Under the pieces are notes generated by a model, which searched no databases, was not told where the DNA came from, and was given only the letters and a program-made list of their open reading frames with translations. DNA of 64,000 bases, taken from NCBI RefSeq assembly GCF_009914755.1, contig NC_060932.1. One strand, 5' to 3'. The first letter of the stretch is position 1, and the number at the start of each line of letters is the position of its first letter. The stretch is from the human T2T-CHM13v2.0 reference genome, Homo sapiens. A program made the position numbers and the translations under genes. Shown one piece after another: positions 15,593 through 28,290 of this stretch.

Positions 15593-15832
15593 TATTTTAC
15601 AGTTGACAAAATTCTCAGAGCATCAGCCATACCCACATTCAAATAAAAGCTGCATTAAAAACAGATTAGCAATCATTTGGTGAGTATTCACTATTCAATA
15701 GATAATGTGCAAGGTTCTCTGCCTTGCTCTACCCAGATGCTACTTTAATTCTCACAAAAGCCCTTTGAAGTAGATAGGGGTCCCCCAATGCCCTACCATG
15801 AATGCTTATTACCTTTTAAAAATCTCATCATT

Positions 15833-16148
15833 AGCCAGGCACGGTGGCTCACGCCTGGAATCCTAGCACTTTGGGATGCCGAGGTGGGCAGATCACCTGA
15901 GGTCAGGAGTTCAAGACCAGCCTGACTAACATGGTGAAACCCTGTCTCTACTAAAAATACAAAAATTAGCCCGGTGTGGGGGTGCACACCTGTAATCCCA
16001 GCTACCCGGGAGGCTGAGGCAGCAGAATCAGTGGAACTCGGGAGGCGGAGATTGCAGTGAGCAGAGACCACCACGCCACTGCACTGCAGCCTGGGCGACA
16101 GAGCAAGATGCCATCTCAAAAATAATAATATTGAATAATAAATAATAA
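15833..16148 (+). mobile_element. AluSx-like
   Basis: Full-length dimer; TSD aatctcatcat. Confidence 0.95.
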
Positions 16149-16748
16149 CAATCTCATCATCCAAAAGCAGAACTGGGTCCTAGGAGACACCTGACTGTTG
16201 CTTTGGTGCCACATAAGAGAAATGAAGTGTGTCTGTGGGGGCTGGGAGCAGAGAGCCTTCTCTTCCGGTGCTGGGAGCCATGGTTTCCCCAGTTCTCCCC
16301 CTGTGGCCTCCCATGGGGTGGGGGACGGGATGGGGTTGAGGGTTGAAAGGAGTAGAGATCCTTAACAGCGAGGTAGAGTGGATGGATGGGTGCTGGGTCC
16401 TCCCCACGTCACTTAGGAAAGACACATGGTGCTTTTTTCACTGGTTTCAAAAACTGAAGGCAGCTCTGCCCCATGGGCTGAAGAACTTAAATCTGAGAAC
16501 TCGATGTCACTGGCGGCAGCTCCCCCAACTTGAGTGAACCTGTTTTCTCACCCAAGAAACATTTGAAGATGGGGAAAACCTGCTTTGCAGAGGTTGTTGT
16601 GGGGATTAAGTCAAACAGTGTGACACCCTGGGCAAAGACCAGCACACAATCTTGTGAGAATTTACGTAGGGTATGGTAGTGGTTAGGAGAAATCAGCAAC
16701 AGAGAAATCAGTAATCCTTTACTTGCTGCAGGTGACTGTGCAGATTAA

Positions 16749-17153
<405 letters not shown>

Positions 17154-17649
17154 TAGGGGCTATAAACTCGAACCACTTCCTAGGGAGGTGGATGTTCTTG
17201 CTTTTGCTAGAAAAGCCAATGGCTGATGTGGGAGGAGTTAAAAAGAAATTGAGAAAATGACTTCTGTCCAGGTTTGGGGGAAAGGTCTATTTTACAGACC
17301 CGCACTCTATTCTGCTTCCATGGTCTCATGGGCCGGTAGGGGAGGACTGGGGTGCTAGGAGCAGGCACCTTTGCCTCTGGCAGTTATACCCCTGGGAATG
17401 GAGAGGGAGAGACTGAGAAATCAGCCCAGCACCGCCCTTTCCGGCCTCACACATCCAAGCCCTCACACATGGGGCACAAGGCTCTGTGCCTGGCCAAGCC
17501 TCAGTTGTTAGGCCCAGTTAGTGCTGAGGATCCAGAGGCTCAGGGAAGCCCAGGGAGTGGCGCAGGTCACCCCACAGGGAAGCGACAGAAGCGACTCTCA
17601 TTTGTCTGACAGCAAAGCCCAGATGTCCACCCTTTACATATACGTAATA

Positions 17650-17931
17650 TGGGACAGGTTCTGGCTCTGTGGCCTAGGCTGGAGTGCAATGGTGCGATCA
17701 CAGCTCACTGCAGCCTTAACTTCCTGGGCTCAAGCGATCCTCACACTTTAGCCTCCTGAGTAGTTAGGATGACAGGCGCACCCCCCATGCCTGGCTGATT
17801 TTTGCATTTTTTGTAGAGACGGTGTTTCACCATGTTGACCAGGCTGGTCTTGAACTCCTGGCCTAAAGCAGGCCGACCATCTTGGCCTCCCAAAGTGCTG
17901 GGATTTCAGGTGTGAGCTGCTGCGCCTGGCT
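17650..17931 (-). mobile_element. AluJ
   Basis: Antisense Alu with gcgatcacagctcactgcagcc...ctgggctcaagcgatcc. Confidence 0.92.
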
Positions 17932-19166
17932 GTTCACCTTTATATTATTATTGCCCCACATGCTTGAGGCCACACTAAGCAGAAAGCCAGCTCTAAAGAC
18001 TGAAATGACAAGGGTAGCCTAGAGTCACAGGGGTAAAAGAAGCTCCTGGTATTTTATTTTGAAACCATAGAAGATGAGAAAAGGCCTAGCTAACGGACAA
18101 GATCAGACACCCGAGGTTTCTCATTAAGCGTGACCTGAAAGCCTGTCTGGACAGCCGCAGATGAGGAGCAGCGCCTGCGTTCATCCACGCTGGGTGAAAG
18201 GTAAGAATTCAGGGTTACATGCGTGAAGGGGAAAGCAAGCGGGAAGCCCTTAGCATTCAAGCCCCTGAGCCCTGGTGTTGTCCACCCCTGGGGGCTGCCT
18301 GGTGGCAGGACGGCACTTCACGAGGGGAGATGGACCCCAGTGGGAACCACACTCAATCCCTCTACGCCCAGGCCGCTGTCAGACACTGGAGTCCTCCAAC
18401 AGTCCTGCAGCCGGAAGCACACGCTGCCAGTATCCCCTCCCTCCCACTCCCAGCCTACAGACAAGCGCATCTCTGCTGCATTCATCGCCGCACACGCCCT
18501 AAAAATGTCCTCACGTGAGTCTGTGCCAGCCTGCGCGCAAACCGTGAGCCCACCGCGCTGTGTGCACGCTCAGCTTCCCCCAGGCTGCGTCCCTCCCCCG
18601 TGGGGTCGCATTCCCTACTGGGAACCACTGCCTTCAAGCTGGAGCTCGGTCCCAGCTGGAAACACCCCCACTCCTTCTAATGGGGCAGTAAAAAAGCAAA
18701 ACCAGCTCTGTGGAACGGTCTCTTTCAGATGTGCTTCCAGTCCCCTGTAAAACGTGTCAGCCCCATTTAGGTGAGGTCATGTTCTCTGGGGGCAAGCTCA
18801 TAAACTCACGGCCGATGCAGCATCCCGGGGATCTCTGCGGGGGCCTGGACAGCCTGTCCCCACCTCCTGGAGGCCAGTGAGAGTCCGGGCAGCCCACTCC
18901 CTGGTCTCACAGGACCTGAGTCATGGAGCAGAGAGAACCTGCAGAGAGACTTTCCCATATGGAGGCTGAGGCTAGAGAGCATGAGAGCGTGGCCCTGGGC
19001 TCACCTGGTTAGAGGCAGCATGGGGGTCCTCTGCAGGTCCCCAAGGCCTCAACCAGGCCTGGGGGCGGTGGGAGCCGCTCATTGATGATGAGGAACCCAT
19101 CTTCAGTGCCTGATGCTGTAGCAGCTGAGTCACAGATAAGCAGGCACTGGCAGCTGGCACATGCCC

Positions 19167-19363
19167 AGACCAACCCGACCCAGCCCAGCCCGGGCAGCGG
19201 CAGTGAGAGCTGCCAACCCCCACAGCTGCCCCTGTCTCTCACCTGCAAGCCCTGCCTGCCCCTGCCACTAGCGTGGAGCCTGTCTTCTGGGGAGGCCGGG
19301 GCAGTCCTGGTGCTTGTCATCTCTTGCAGCAGCTGCCTGGGCTGGGCTGAGTTGGGCTGGGCT
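19167..19363. repeat. Long degenerate inverted repeat (74-bp arms, 49-nt loop)
   Basis: 19167-19240 aligns without gaps to the reverse complement of 19290-19363 at 55/74 identities (hand count). Confidence 0.8.
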
Positions 19364-21343
19364 GGCCTGTCTTCCTGCCATGGCTGGATATTTATATTAA
19401 ACTTGAGGAAGGGAGAAAGGGGATTTACAAGGCACACTCAATTCTTTCTAACCCTGAGCTCCTGGCCTTGTCTATGTTCTTGTGGAGGGGCGATCTTGGC
19501 CAAAATCACTGTCCTTCGAAGGTCAGCATGTGCTTGGTGTCTTCCTGAATAAAGGGAAGGACATGCTGATGCCTCTTCCCCAGGCTGAAGATCTTTGGAT
19601 GGTTAAGAAACTCCTGACCACACTCTTGAAAGCCGACATGCTGGCTGCCATCAGCAGCACCCCTTGGGCCTGACCTCCAAGCCACAATTAATCCTGCAAG
19701 CTATGACCCAGAGTAGTGATGTCCTCACATTTCCAGATTAGCGCCCCCACCCATATCCCTAGCACCGACTCTGCCCCATGCCACCTGAGCCATGATTCCA
19801 GCCCTCAGCACACAGGTGCACACGCTGCCTGGACAATGGCCAGAGAACTGCCACAGGTCACACTGTGTCTCATGGCTTCTCACTTCCGTAGAGAAACCGG
19901 AAGACAGGTCTCAAACCAGACCTGAGGCAGCAGCAATAGCCACAGCAATGAGTGGTCATAGCTCAAATGCCTACTGCACCCCAGCCTGCCACCTGCCTTA
20001 TTTAACCCTCGCAATTGTATAGAGTTGGCGTCACTATTCCCACTGCACAGAAAAAGAAACAAAATCCCAGAACAGATAGAAGATGCCCAAGGTCACAGAC
20101 CTAACCATTAGAAGTGCTGCCATGTGAGCATAGGTGTAATTGTCTACGGAGCTCTAGAAAACAGATGAACTAGCAGGAAGGGTCACTGCAGGCCGGGACA
20201 ACACCCAGGGAAAGGCCTCACTATGGCTGGGAAGAGCGCGGTGTGTGCGTCTAGCAGGAGTCCAGGTGTGGGGCAGGAGAGGCCGCTTGGGGAAAGGGAG
20301 CGACCACACACTGGGTCCTGCCTCATGTGCACCTGGCCATGTGTCGGCACTTGGTGTCGTTATCCTGCCCGCTCCTTACGAGAACCCTGTGAAACAGAAA
20401 CTCCTCCTGATTTTACAGCTGAGGCCAAGGAAGCTCACACATCACAGATTAAATAATCGATTCAAAGTTACTGAAAGAATAGGAGAGTCCAAATCTATTT
20501 GCTTAATCCCCAGACCAGGGCTTTCTGCACGTGCCTCAGAGCCTTTGGTGCAGCTCCAAAGGGAGGCATCGAGAAACACCACCGGCTGGAAATGTGGCTC
20601 TGCTCCCGATCTTTGTCTGCGTTGGCGAGACACCCGCCGCTCTGGGCCGGAATCTCTCATCTACGAAAAAGTGGGTAGATGGAGACCACCCTCACGGTCC
20701 CTTCCAGCTATAGAAACAGTAACTTCCAGTCCTTAACTCGATGCTGTGTGGGTGTGTGGCTGAAACTGCTCACAGAGCAAGCTGGACAAGCGGACCTGGA
20801 TTGAAACCCGCCCCTCCCTGGAGAAACAGGGGTGGCCTCCCTCCCCCATGGCAGGGACCTGCTGGGCAGGACTGAAGCCTGGCTCCTGACAAAGATTCTA
20901 TTCTTCTCGATGCTTTCTCATTGTTCTTTGTGTTTACAAAGTGTCTTCCTTCAAGGGAACAGTGACTTGGACAAGCAGTGCCGAACTCTGAAGGCGCAGG
21001 GCTGTGATGGCTGCAGCCTCTTGCAGTGTTTCTCGGTGTCTTTCCTTGGGTTCCAAAGCCCTTACCAGGCAGGCTTCTGGACAGTGAGTGGGAGTTGGCT
21101 CTGTTGTTATTTGCCACAGGTGACATCAGGGTAAAGGATGGATTTGGGGTGAGCCGTGAGTAGGCTATTATCCACTGCACTTGAGGTGTGAACCTCCTGG
21201 TCCCCCTCAGCAGGTCCTGGCTTGTTCATGGAATGGAGGAGTCTGGGAAGGCGCTGAGAGGCATCCGCTAGGGAACCTGTTCCACCTGGGTGCTCAGACC
21301 CTGGCAGGAGCCCTTGCTGAAGTCCAGAGAGCCCCTGGCTGTC

Positions 21344-21451
21344 CCCTCTCATGACACTCAAAATCTGCCGGAGCCTGCAGCCCAGCCCTGCCCAGCACCC
21401 TCTTATGGCACTCAAAATCTGCCCGAGCCTGCAGCCCAGCCTTGCCTGGCA
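21344..21451 (+). repeat. 54-bp tandem duplication (2 copies)
   Basis: ccctct(c/t)atg(a/g)cactcaaaatctgcc(g/c)gagcctgcagcccagcc...gca occurs twice. Confidence 0.92.
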
Positions 21452-21617
21452 GAGCCCAATCCACAGATCTTCCTGCCCTCAACCTGCCAGTTAACAAGTT
21501 AGCCCTGTTTTCCAGGGCCTGAAGCTGTTTAGCAGAAGTAAAAAGGCCTTTAGGCTGACCAAGTAAACATGTGCAAAACACATCCCTGTGCCAGGTGGTT
21601 CTGGGGTCATGGAGATT

Positions 21618-21972
21618 GTTACGGGCTGGATTCGGTCCTCCTAAAATTCTTCTGTTGAAGTCCTAACCCCTAATACTCAGAAGGAGATATGACTTGAAAG
21701 AGGTAATTAAAGTAAAACGAGGTCATTACATGGCCCTAATCCAATCTGACTGGGTCCTTACACATGGAGGAGATTTAGGACGAGGATACACCTCGGGGAA
21801 AATCCTGTAAGGACACAGGGAGAACACACGTCTAGGGGACAAGGAGAGAGGCTTCAGGACAAACCAGCCCTGCCAATACCTTCTACTCTCCAGAACTGTG
21901 GGAAAATCAATTTCTATTGTTTGAGTCATGCACTCTGTGGTATTTGTTATCGCAGCCCAAGCAAACTAATAA
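21618..21972 (+). mobile_element. MLT1B-like MaLR solo LTR
   Basis: tgttacgggctg...tgttgaagtcctaacccc...ccctaatccaat...ctccagaactgtg...tgtggtatttgttat.gcagccc.agcaaactaat. Confidence 0.85.
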
Positions 21973-22707
21973 AGAGATTGATACAAAATCACCCCTAAGC
22001 TCTGAGAATCACTGTGTAGCAGGAGATGCCAACACATAAGACGTGATGTGTTCCGTCGGGAAAGTCACACACCTCTCCTCTGACCACTCCACTCCCCACT
22101 CTGGATGCGGGTGGGGCCTTTGGCTTTTGGTGAGGCCCCTCTGGTGTCTCTGCCCACAGAGCTCCCTCCACACCTGTATTCAGGCCCCAGCTCAGGAAGC
22201 TTCCCAGGAGAGTCAAGTACACACAAAGCCTGTGCCAGACAGAAGTAAATTAAGACAACCTGGATGCTTTAAATCTCCCCTCCCTCCTACAGTTACTGTG
22301 ATCTATACGCCTCTAACGTCTGACATTCTCAAAGCAACTCGGTGCGTGTCCATCTGTCTAGAGAGCTCTTAAAAGGCATAAGAGCAGAACGATCACCAGC
22401 GATTCCGCAGGCACGTTCTCACACGGACGTTAGTAACAGCTGAATTAAATGCTTTTTGAATGAGTGATGTATTGGATGCATTTGTTATTATTTTACTCTA
22501 TGAACTATAAAGAAAGATTGATGACACCTAAACTCTTGGGCAGGATCCCCTTTTCCTTGCTCTGTAATGCACTTCCCCTGGCAAACTCCTACTCACTTCT
22601 CAAAACCCAACCCGAGGGTTTGTCTTTCTGAAGGCTACGCTGTCTCCACAAGCTGAGCTGATCAGCCCATCCTTAGAACAATCACTTGTTAAACCCAATG
22701 ACAAGGG

Positions 22708-23435
22708 TGTGATGGGCTATGTGTGTCCCACCCCTAATTCACACATTGAAGCCCTCACCCCTAATGTGATGGGATTTGGAGGCGGGTCCTTTGGGAGGTG
22801 ATTAGGTTTAGATGAGGTTGTGAAGGTGGTGTACGAAGCCATTCTTCACTGTTCTAAAGAAATACCTGAGATTGGGTAATTTATAAAGAAACGAGGTTGG
22901 CTTGGCTCATTGTCCTGCAGGCTGAGCAAACATAGCGCTTGCCTGTGCTCAGTTTCTGGGGAGGTCTCAAGGAGCTTTTACTCATGGTGGAAGGTGAAGT
23001 GAGAACAGGCACGTCACATGGTGAAAGCAGAAGCAAGAGAGAAGGAGGAGGTGCCACACACTTTTCACAACCGGATCTCGCAAGTACCTGCTCACTATGC
23101 AAGGTCAGCACCAAATCATGAGGGATCTGTCCCTATGGCCCCCACACCTCCCACCAGGCCCCACCTCCAACACTGGGCATCACAATTCAACATGAGACTT
23201 AGAGGGGGCAACATACAAACTGTATCAGGTGGAGCCGCATGACGGGACTAGTGCCCTCAGGAAGAGGAAGAGATTCCAGAACTTTCTCTCTGTGTCACTT
23301 GAGGACACGGCCGGAAGGCAGCCCTGCCTGGACCTTGAAGCTGGACTTCCAGCCTCCAGAACTGTGAGACATAAACGTCTGCCGTTGAAGGGGCTCAGCT
23401 TGTGGTGTGGGATTGTGGTAGCCCTAGTGAGGCAC
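22708..23435 (+). mobile_element. MLT1A-like MaLR LTR, split by an MST insertion
   Basis: tgtgatgggct...ttgaagccctcacccc...ttgggaggtgattaggtttagatgagg before the MST; ...ggacttccagcctccagaactgtgagacataaac after it. Confidence 0.8.
22830..23227 (-). mobile_element. MSTA/MSTB MaLR solo LTR
   Basis: TG...CA ends; gggtaatttataaagaaa core; perfect 5-bp TSD ggtgg at 22825-22829 and 23228-23232. Confidence 0.88.
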
Positions 23436-24226
23436 TGGCCTGTTAGATGGAAACTTCTGGAGCTAAGGGGCTTTCACCTTTGCACCCAGCACCTGGTCAG
23501 AGCTTGGACATCCTCTCCTAAAGATTTCCCTAAGCTTGGGTTAAATTAATGAGCTGCCCAGATGCCACAGACCATGTCTGAGAGCCTGAAGCAGCTGAGG
23601 AGGTTGTGTTATTTAAGTTGGGGCTTGATTGTTTCAGTTCATTTTACTCTAGAGGCAGGAAAAACAATAACGGGTAAGGCCTCTCACCCCGATGTTTTAG
23701 GGAGTGAGGCAAAGCAACCACCCCTGACTTGACAAGAAGACCATTCTCAAAGGTGATCAAAATAGACTCAGGGAAGCAGGCCTGTGGTTCCTTGACGCTC
23801 CTCCCAGGCCTTCCTGTTTGTCCCAGCCACCAGCATCCTGCAGGTACCGAGAGGGTGGATGTGGACTCACTGCTCGCAGGCCGCCAGCCTGCTAGCCCAG
23901 TGTCCCAAGTCAAAAGTCACAGCGACATGCCGGAAAGACAGTTTCCACAGGACGAGTGGAAAAGGGGGCGTCTCTTCTGCCCATCGAAGGGTGCATCCAC
24001 CTGTGGTATTAAAGGATTTACAACTGGCCTCAGAAACGCTGCCGGAGCTGCTCCTTGGGGTCTGTCCGATGGGAAGAGGCCCCTCCTGTGGCTCCCCAGG
24101 TGGTAAACAGCTCCAGCTTCCTAAGGGGGTGTGGAGCAGCCCAAAGGCCACACTGATTTAAAAAAAAAAAAAAAAAAACAGCCCCATTTCCGATCCAGAG
24201 CTCTTGGGTAGAAAGTGACTCCATGT

Positions 24227-24448
24227 GCCAGTCTGGGCACCAGAGTGAGACCTCACCTCTCCTAAAAGTAAAATAAAAATGAGCTGGGTGTGGGGGCTCA
24301 CCCCTGTAGTCTCAGCTACGAGGCTGAGGCGGGAGAATCGCTTGAGCCCTGGAGGTAGAGACTGCAGTGAGCTGAGATGGCACCACTGCGCTCCACCCTC
24401 AGGGACAGAGAGAGAACCTGTTTCCCTCTTACCAAAAAAAGAAAAAAA
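24227..24448 (+). mobile_element. 5'-truncated AluJ
   Basis: End of the left arm plus the right arm; TSD aaagtgactc(c/a)at(g/a)tg. Confidence 0.88.
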
Positions 24449-24861
24449 GTGACTCAATATGGAGAGAGGGCATGAGGGCATCAGGGAGCTGGTGGGCAGC
24501 CCTTGGCACTCTAGTGGGTCCAGTGCATGAGCTGCTGCTTCTTGTTCTAAGGCTTCTCATTGGGGGTGCCAGGATTCATGCACACTTTTTGCGTTTTGTT
24601 GGGGGCTGGGGGAACACTTGTGATGATTCTCACGGAAACAGGCCAGCTTCTGTGACCCACTAATTATTTGGGCACCCAGCTTTTTCCTAGACTGCCTTCC
24701 AAATTTAGTACACTTATATTTGGCCCTTTTTTCCTAGTTCCTTTTGAAATGTTCCGGGTTTGACTTCCCTTCTAGTTTCTCTCCTTTAAACTGCCTCCCG
24801 GCTAAAGTGGGACACAGGCCCCTTCCAATGGGTGAAGCTCTTGCAGACCACAGTTGGGATC

Positions 24862-24878
24862 TGGCACCATCTAGTGGC
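24862..24878 (-). promoter_or_regulatory. Candidate CTCF site
   Basis: Minus strand GCCACTAGATGGTGCCA, one mismatch to CCASYAGRKGGCRS. Confidence 0.55.
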
Positions 24879-24959
24879 GAGCAAGGAGCTGCCAGCTTAG
24901 CTTTTGAATAGCCAGGTACCAATCCAAGTTGTTAAGCAGTGAGCTCGAATACAAAGCTC

Positions 24960-25198
24960 AGGCATACGTGGGGGCTAAGGGATGTGCACACGGGACATAG
25001 CGTGCGGACTGCACACACTGAAGACTCGGAAGGGTGGGAGGGTGTGGGGGAAGCGGATGATGAGAAATTCCTGAATACGTGCAAAGTACATTTTTTAGGT
25101 GATGGATACACTAAAAGCCCAGACTTCACCACTATCGAAGATATCCCTGTAACAAAATAGCATTGTGCCCCTGAAATTTATACAAATAAAAAATTAAT
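24960..25198 (+). mobile_element. L1 (L1MA/L1PB-type) 3' end fragment
   Basis: gaagactcggaagggtgggaggg...ggtgatggatacactaaaagcccagacttcaccacta...aaataaaaaa. Confidence 0.85.
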
Positions 25199-25818
25199 AC
25201 AAAGATCAGAAAACAAAAGCAGCAACAACTACAGACACCGCACGCATGTGCGTCCTGCTCACGGGAACGGGTCCGTGGTTTTGTCCTGTACAGGTTCTCG
25301 GGAGGACAGTGTCACTGCCCAGCAGCCAGGCCCCATCAGGCTGGAGGTCTTCAGTTCTATCTCTGGCCCTGCTTTAGAAGACGAGCTGTGAGCAGGGTGT
25401 CCTGGTTTCACTCAGGGGTGATTGGTGCCATCCTCCACCTTCCCGGTTTCTGCTCCTGCCTACTGCCTGCTGTGAGAACAGAACTCAATTTTCCCATCGG
25501 CATGGAGAGCAACTCCCCAGCGCATGAGAGCCGCTCTCGGTCCGAGGTGCCTCAGCTGCGGGCGTCTCCCTGCCAGCAGGGCAGAGGATAGGGCTAGACT
25601 GTCCCCATCTCTCAGGTCCATCCTCTGAGGCTGAGTCAGTGCCCCTGCCGAGAGCCCAGAAGCTTCATTACTGTATCTGGCAGGTGGTTCGGAGACAGGT
25701 GGTGGCTGCACGTAGGGAGGAGCCCGTTGGGGAGGAAAAATGGCCCCGACTGGTAAATGTGGGTGTTTGGAGTATTGTTTGTTATCATCGATCTCACTCT
25801 CTGCCAGGGCACACACTT

Positions 25819-26229
25819 TGTGTCAGTGAGTCATTGTGTCAATATAAAAGATTACCCATGGTTGGGTAATTTATAAAGAAAAGAGGCTTCGTTGGCTCAC
25901 AGATCTGCAGGCTCTACAGGAAGTGTGGCGCCAGCATCCGCCTGGCTTCTGGTGAGGCCTCAGGAAGCCTCCAATCATGGCGGAAGGCAAGCGGAGCTGG
26001 CGCTTCACATGGTGAGAGAGGGAGTAAGTGCGGGAGGGGTCCCTTTTAAACAGCCAGATGTCGCCTGAACTCAGAGTGACAACTCACTCACTATCACAAA
26101 GACGGCATCAAGCCACCCATGAGTGATCTGCCCCGACGACCGAAACACCTCTCCCCAAGCCTCACCTCCAACATTGGGGATCACATTTCAACATGAGGCT
26201 TGGAGGGGACACACATCTGTACCATGTCA
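25819..26229 (-). mobile_element. MSTB-like MaLR solo LTR
   Basis: TG...CA ends, MST core motifs, perfect TSD cactt on both sides. Confidence 0.9.
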
Positions 26230-26879
26230 CACTTCCCCAATCTCACAGCCCAGGAATTTGGGTCAGTCCTTCCCATCGATCTATGACTGTCTTTTGCATG
26301 ACTGGGGGCTTTCTGAGGAGAAAGGGATGTCCCCCCAACAAATGGCTTAGATGGAGCCGACACATGGTGGGGGAATCGGTTTTTGCTCCTCGCAAAAACA
26401 GGTATTTCTGCTTTCTCTTTGGGCACCCAAGGAAAGATATTTGCTGCAAACACAAACCAAAAAGACGGTGTCCAAGAGCTGCAGAGAAGGGGCATCACAG
26501 CACCCCAAGCCTTTGAGTCCTGTGGTGTTTGGGGATTTCAGAAGCCACAGACATGGAGAAAATGTCCCACATGACTCTCTTTCCAGTCATTCCTTTGCTT
26601 TCACAGGATGAGAAATAATGCTCCTGAATGCACATGGCAAGGTCTGAAGAAGGTCTTGGGAAGAAATGTGCTGTGGAATGTTATTAAAACGTGGTTTGAG
26701 CCCACGTCTCTATGGATATGCATAGTCCCACATATGAACATGATGCTTAGATCATTATTCTTGGGCTTACTATTAATAGTAAAGTGTGTCCATTTCCAGG
26801 TTGATCGAAGCTGGCAGAGGATAGAAGAGCTCTGTGGCCGAGTGAGCTGTTTCTGGAGCCAGATGAGTCTTTGGCAGAG

Positions 26880-27045
26880 CCTGAGGTCCCCTGCTACTAC
26901 TGGGTGAGTCTCTCTGAGCCTTGGTTTTCTTATTTGCAAAATGTGAGACGGTAACAGTCCTTTTCCTGTGGCTTGTTGGAAAAATCAAGTGAAAGAGTGT
27001 ATCATGTCTGGCACATCGTGTGCTAAATAAAGTTTGCAATTATTA
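26880..27045 (+). mobile_element. MIR
   Basis: tctctctgagccttggttttcttatttgcaaaatg...tctggcacatcgtgtgctaaataaa. Confidence 0.75.
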
Positions 27046-27095
27046 TCTGAAGACAATAGAACTCACTCAAAGAAGTCCCAGGAAATCAATGTAGA

Positions 27096-27513
27096 TTTTT
27101 TTTTAACTTTAAGACCTGGATACATGTGCAGAATGTGCAGGTTTGTTACATAGGTATACATGTGCCATGGCGGTTTGCTGCACCCATCAACCCATCATCT
27201 AGGTTTTAAGCCCTGCATGCATTAGGTATTTGTCCCAGTGCTCTCTCTCTCGTTGTCCTCCAACCCTCAAGAGGCCCCAGTGTGTGATGAATCAAAACCA
27301 CAGTGAGATATCATCTCATGTCAGTCAGAATAGCGATTATTAAAGTCAGGAAACAATAGATGCTGGCGAGGCTGTGGAGAAATAGGAACACTTTTACACT
27401 GTTGGTGGGAGTGTAAATTGGTTCAACCATTGTGGAAGTCAATGTGGTGATTCCTCAAGGATCTAGAACCAGAAATACCATTTGACCAGCAATGTCATTA
27501 TTGGGTATATGCC
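27096..27513. mobile_element. L1PA (about PA7-PA10) 5'-inverted insertion
   Basis: 27096-27289 is an antisense L1 3' end. 27290-27513 is a sense ORF2-end segment. TSD caatgta(g/a)attttt at 27087 and 27514. Confidence 0.9.
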
Positions 27514-28159
27514 CAATGTAAATTTTTAACAGGGAGGTTTTTTCGTCGAAAACTATCAACTTTAGGCTAAAAGCAAGAATTGTTTTATTTTTCTTTTTTT
27601 GGCTCAGTTTTTCATTAGAAAAGAAACCTCCCCAAATGTAAGGAAGCAAATGAATGAAAGGAAAATTACAACTGTGGGGAGTCATTACATTGGAAGGCCT
27701 CTCTTGGGACAGCGTGAAATAGAATTGCTCCATTGCTGCAGCCACGAAACCATTAGAGAATGCCCCTCCCGGGACCGGACAAACTGATGCAGGCTAATTT
27801 TCCATGGGTGATGTCTGCATAGCTGCGGGGATGGGTCCTATTGGCCTCTGAGGCCTGTGTTTAAGTGACTGCTGTCTTTCCACTTGGAAAATCCCATTTG
27901 AATATGGGAATCACGGCCATGGAATCCTTCACATCTCGTGATGGTCAGGCGCACTTCCTATTTCATTGCCCTGAAGTCCCAGCGGCAAAAGGCATTGACC
28001 TGTTGAAAACACGAAGGTCAGTCTGATATAACCAGAGCTTTTCTGAACCCCAGCCACTGGAAAACCTTGCTGGTACGATACCCATCCATTACCATTACTG
28101 GTACTACGGCTCCAGGAATGAACAGAATTTAGCCTTTGCATGGGCAACATGGCTCAAAG

Positions 28160-28290
28160 AGCCCTGGATTCAGGGTCAGAAAACCTGGTTTTAAATCCTG
28201 TTTTACAGACTGTGTGATCTGCAGAAAGTTCTTCTTTCTCACCTCCATGCATTTTTATATAAAATGGGGTAATAAAAATATCTAGGGGGT
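28160..28290 (+). mobile_element. MIR fragment
   Basis: gtcagaaaacctggttttaaatcctg...tgtgtgatct...tataaaatggggtaataa. Confidence 0.65.

Noticed and set aside
18219-21180. Cluster of 100-175 aa ORFs in GC-rich intergenic DNA
   Set aside because: They overlap in several frames and on both strands with no recognisable homology, typical of GC-rich non-coding sequence.
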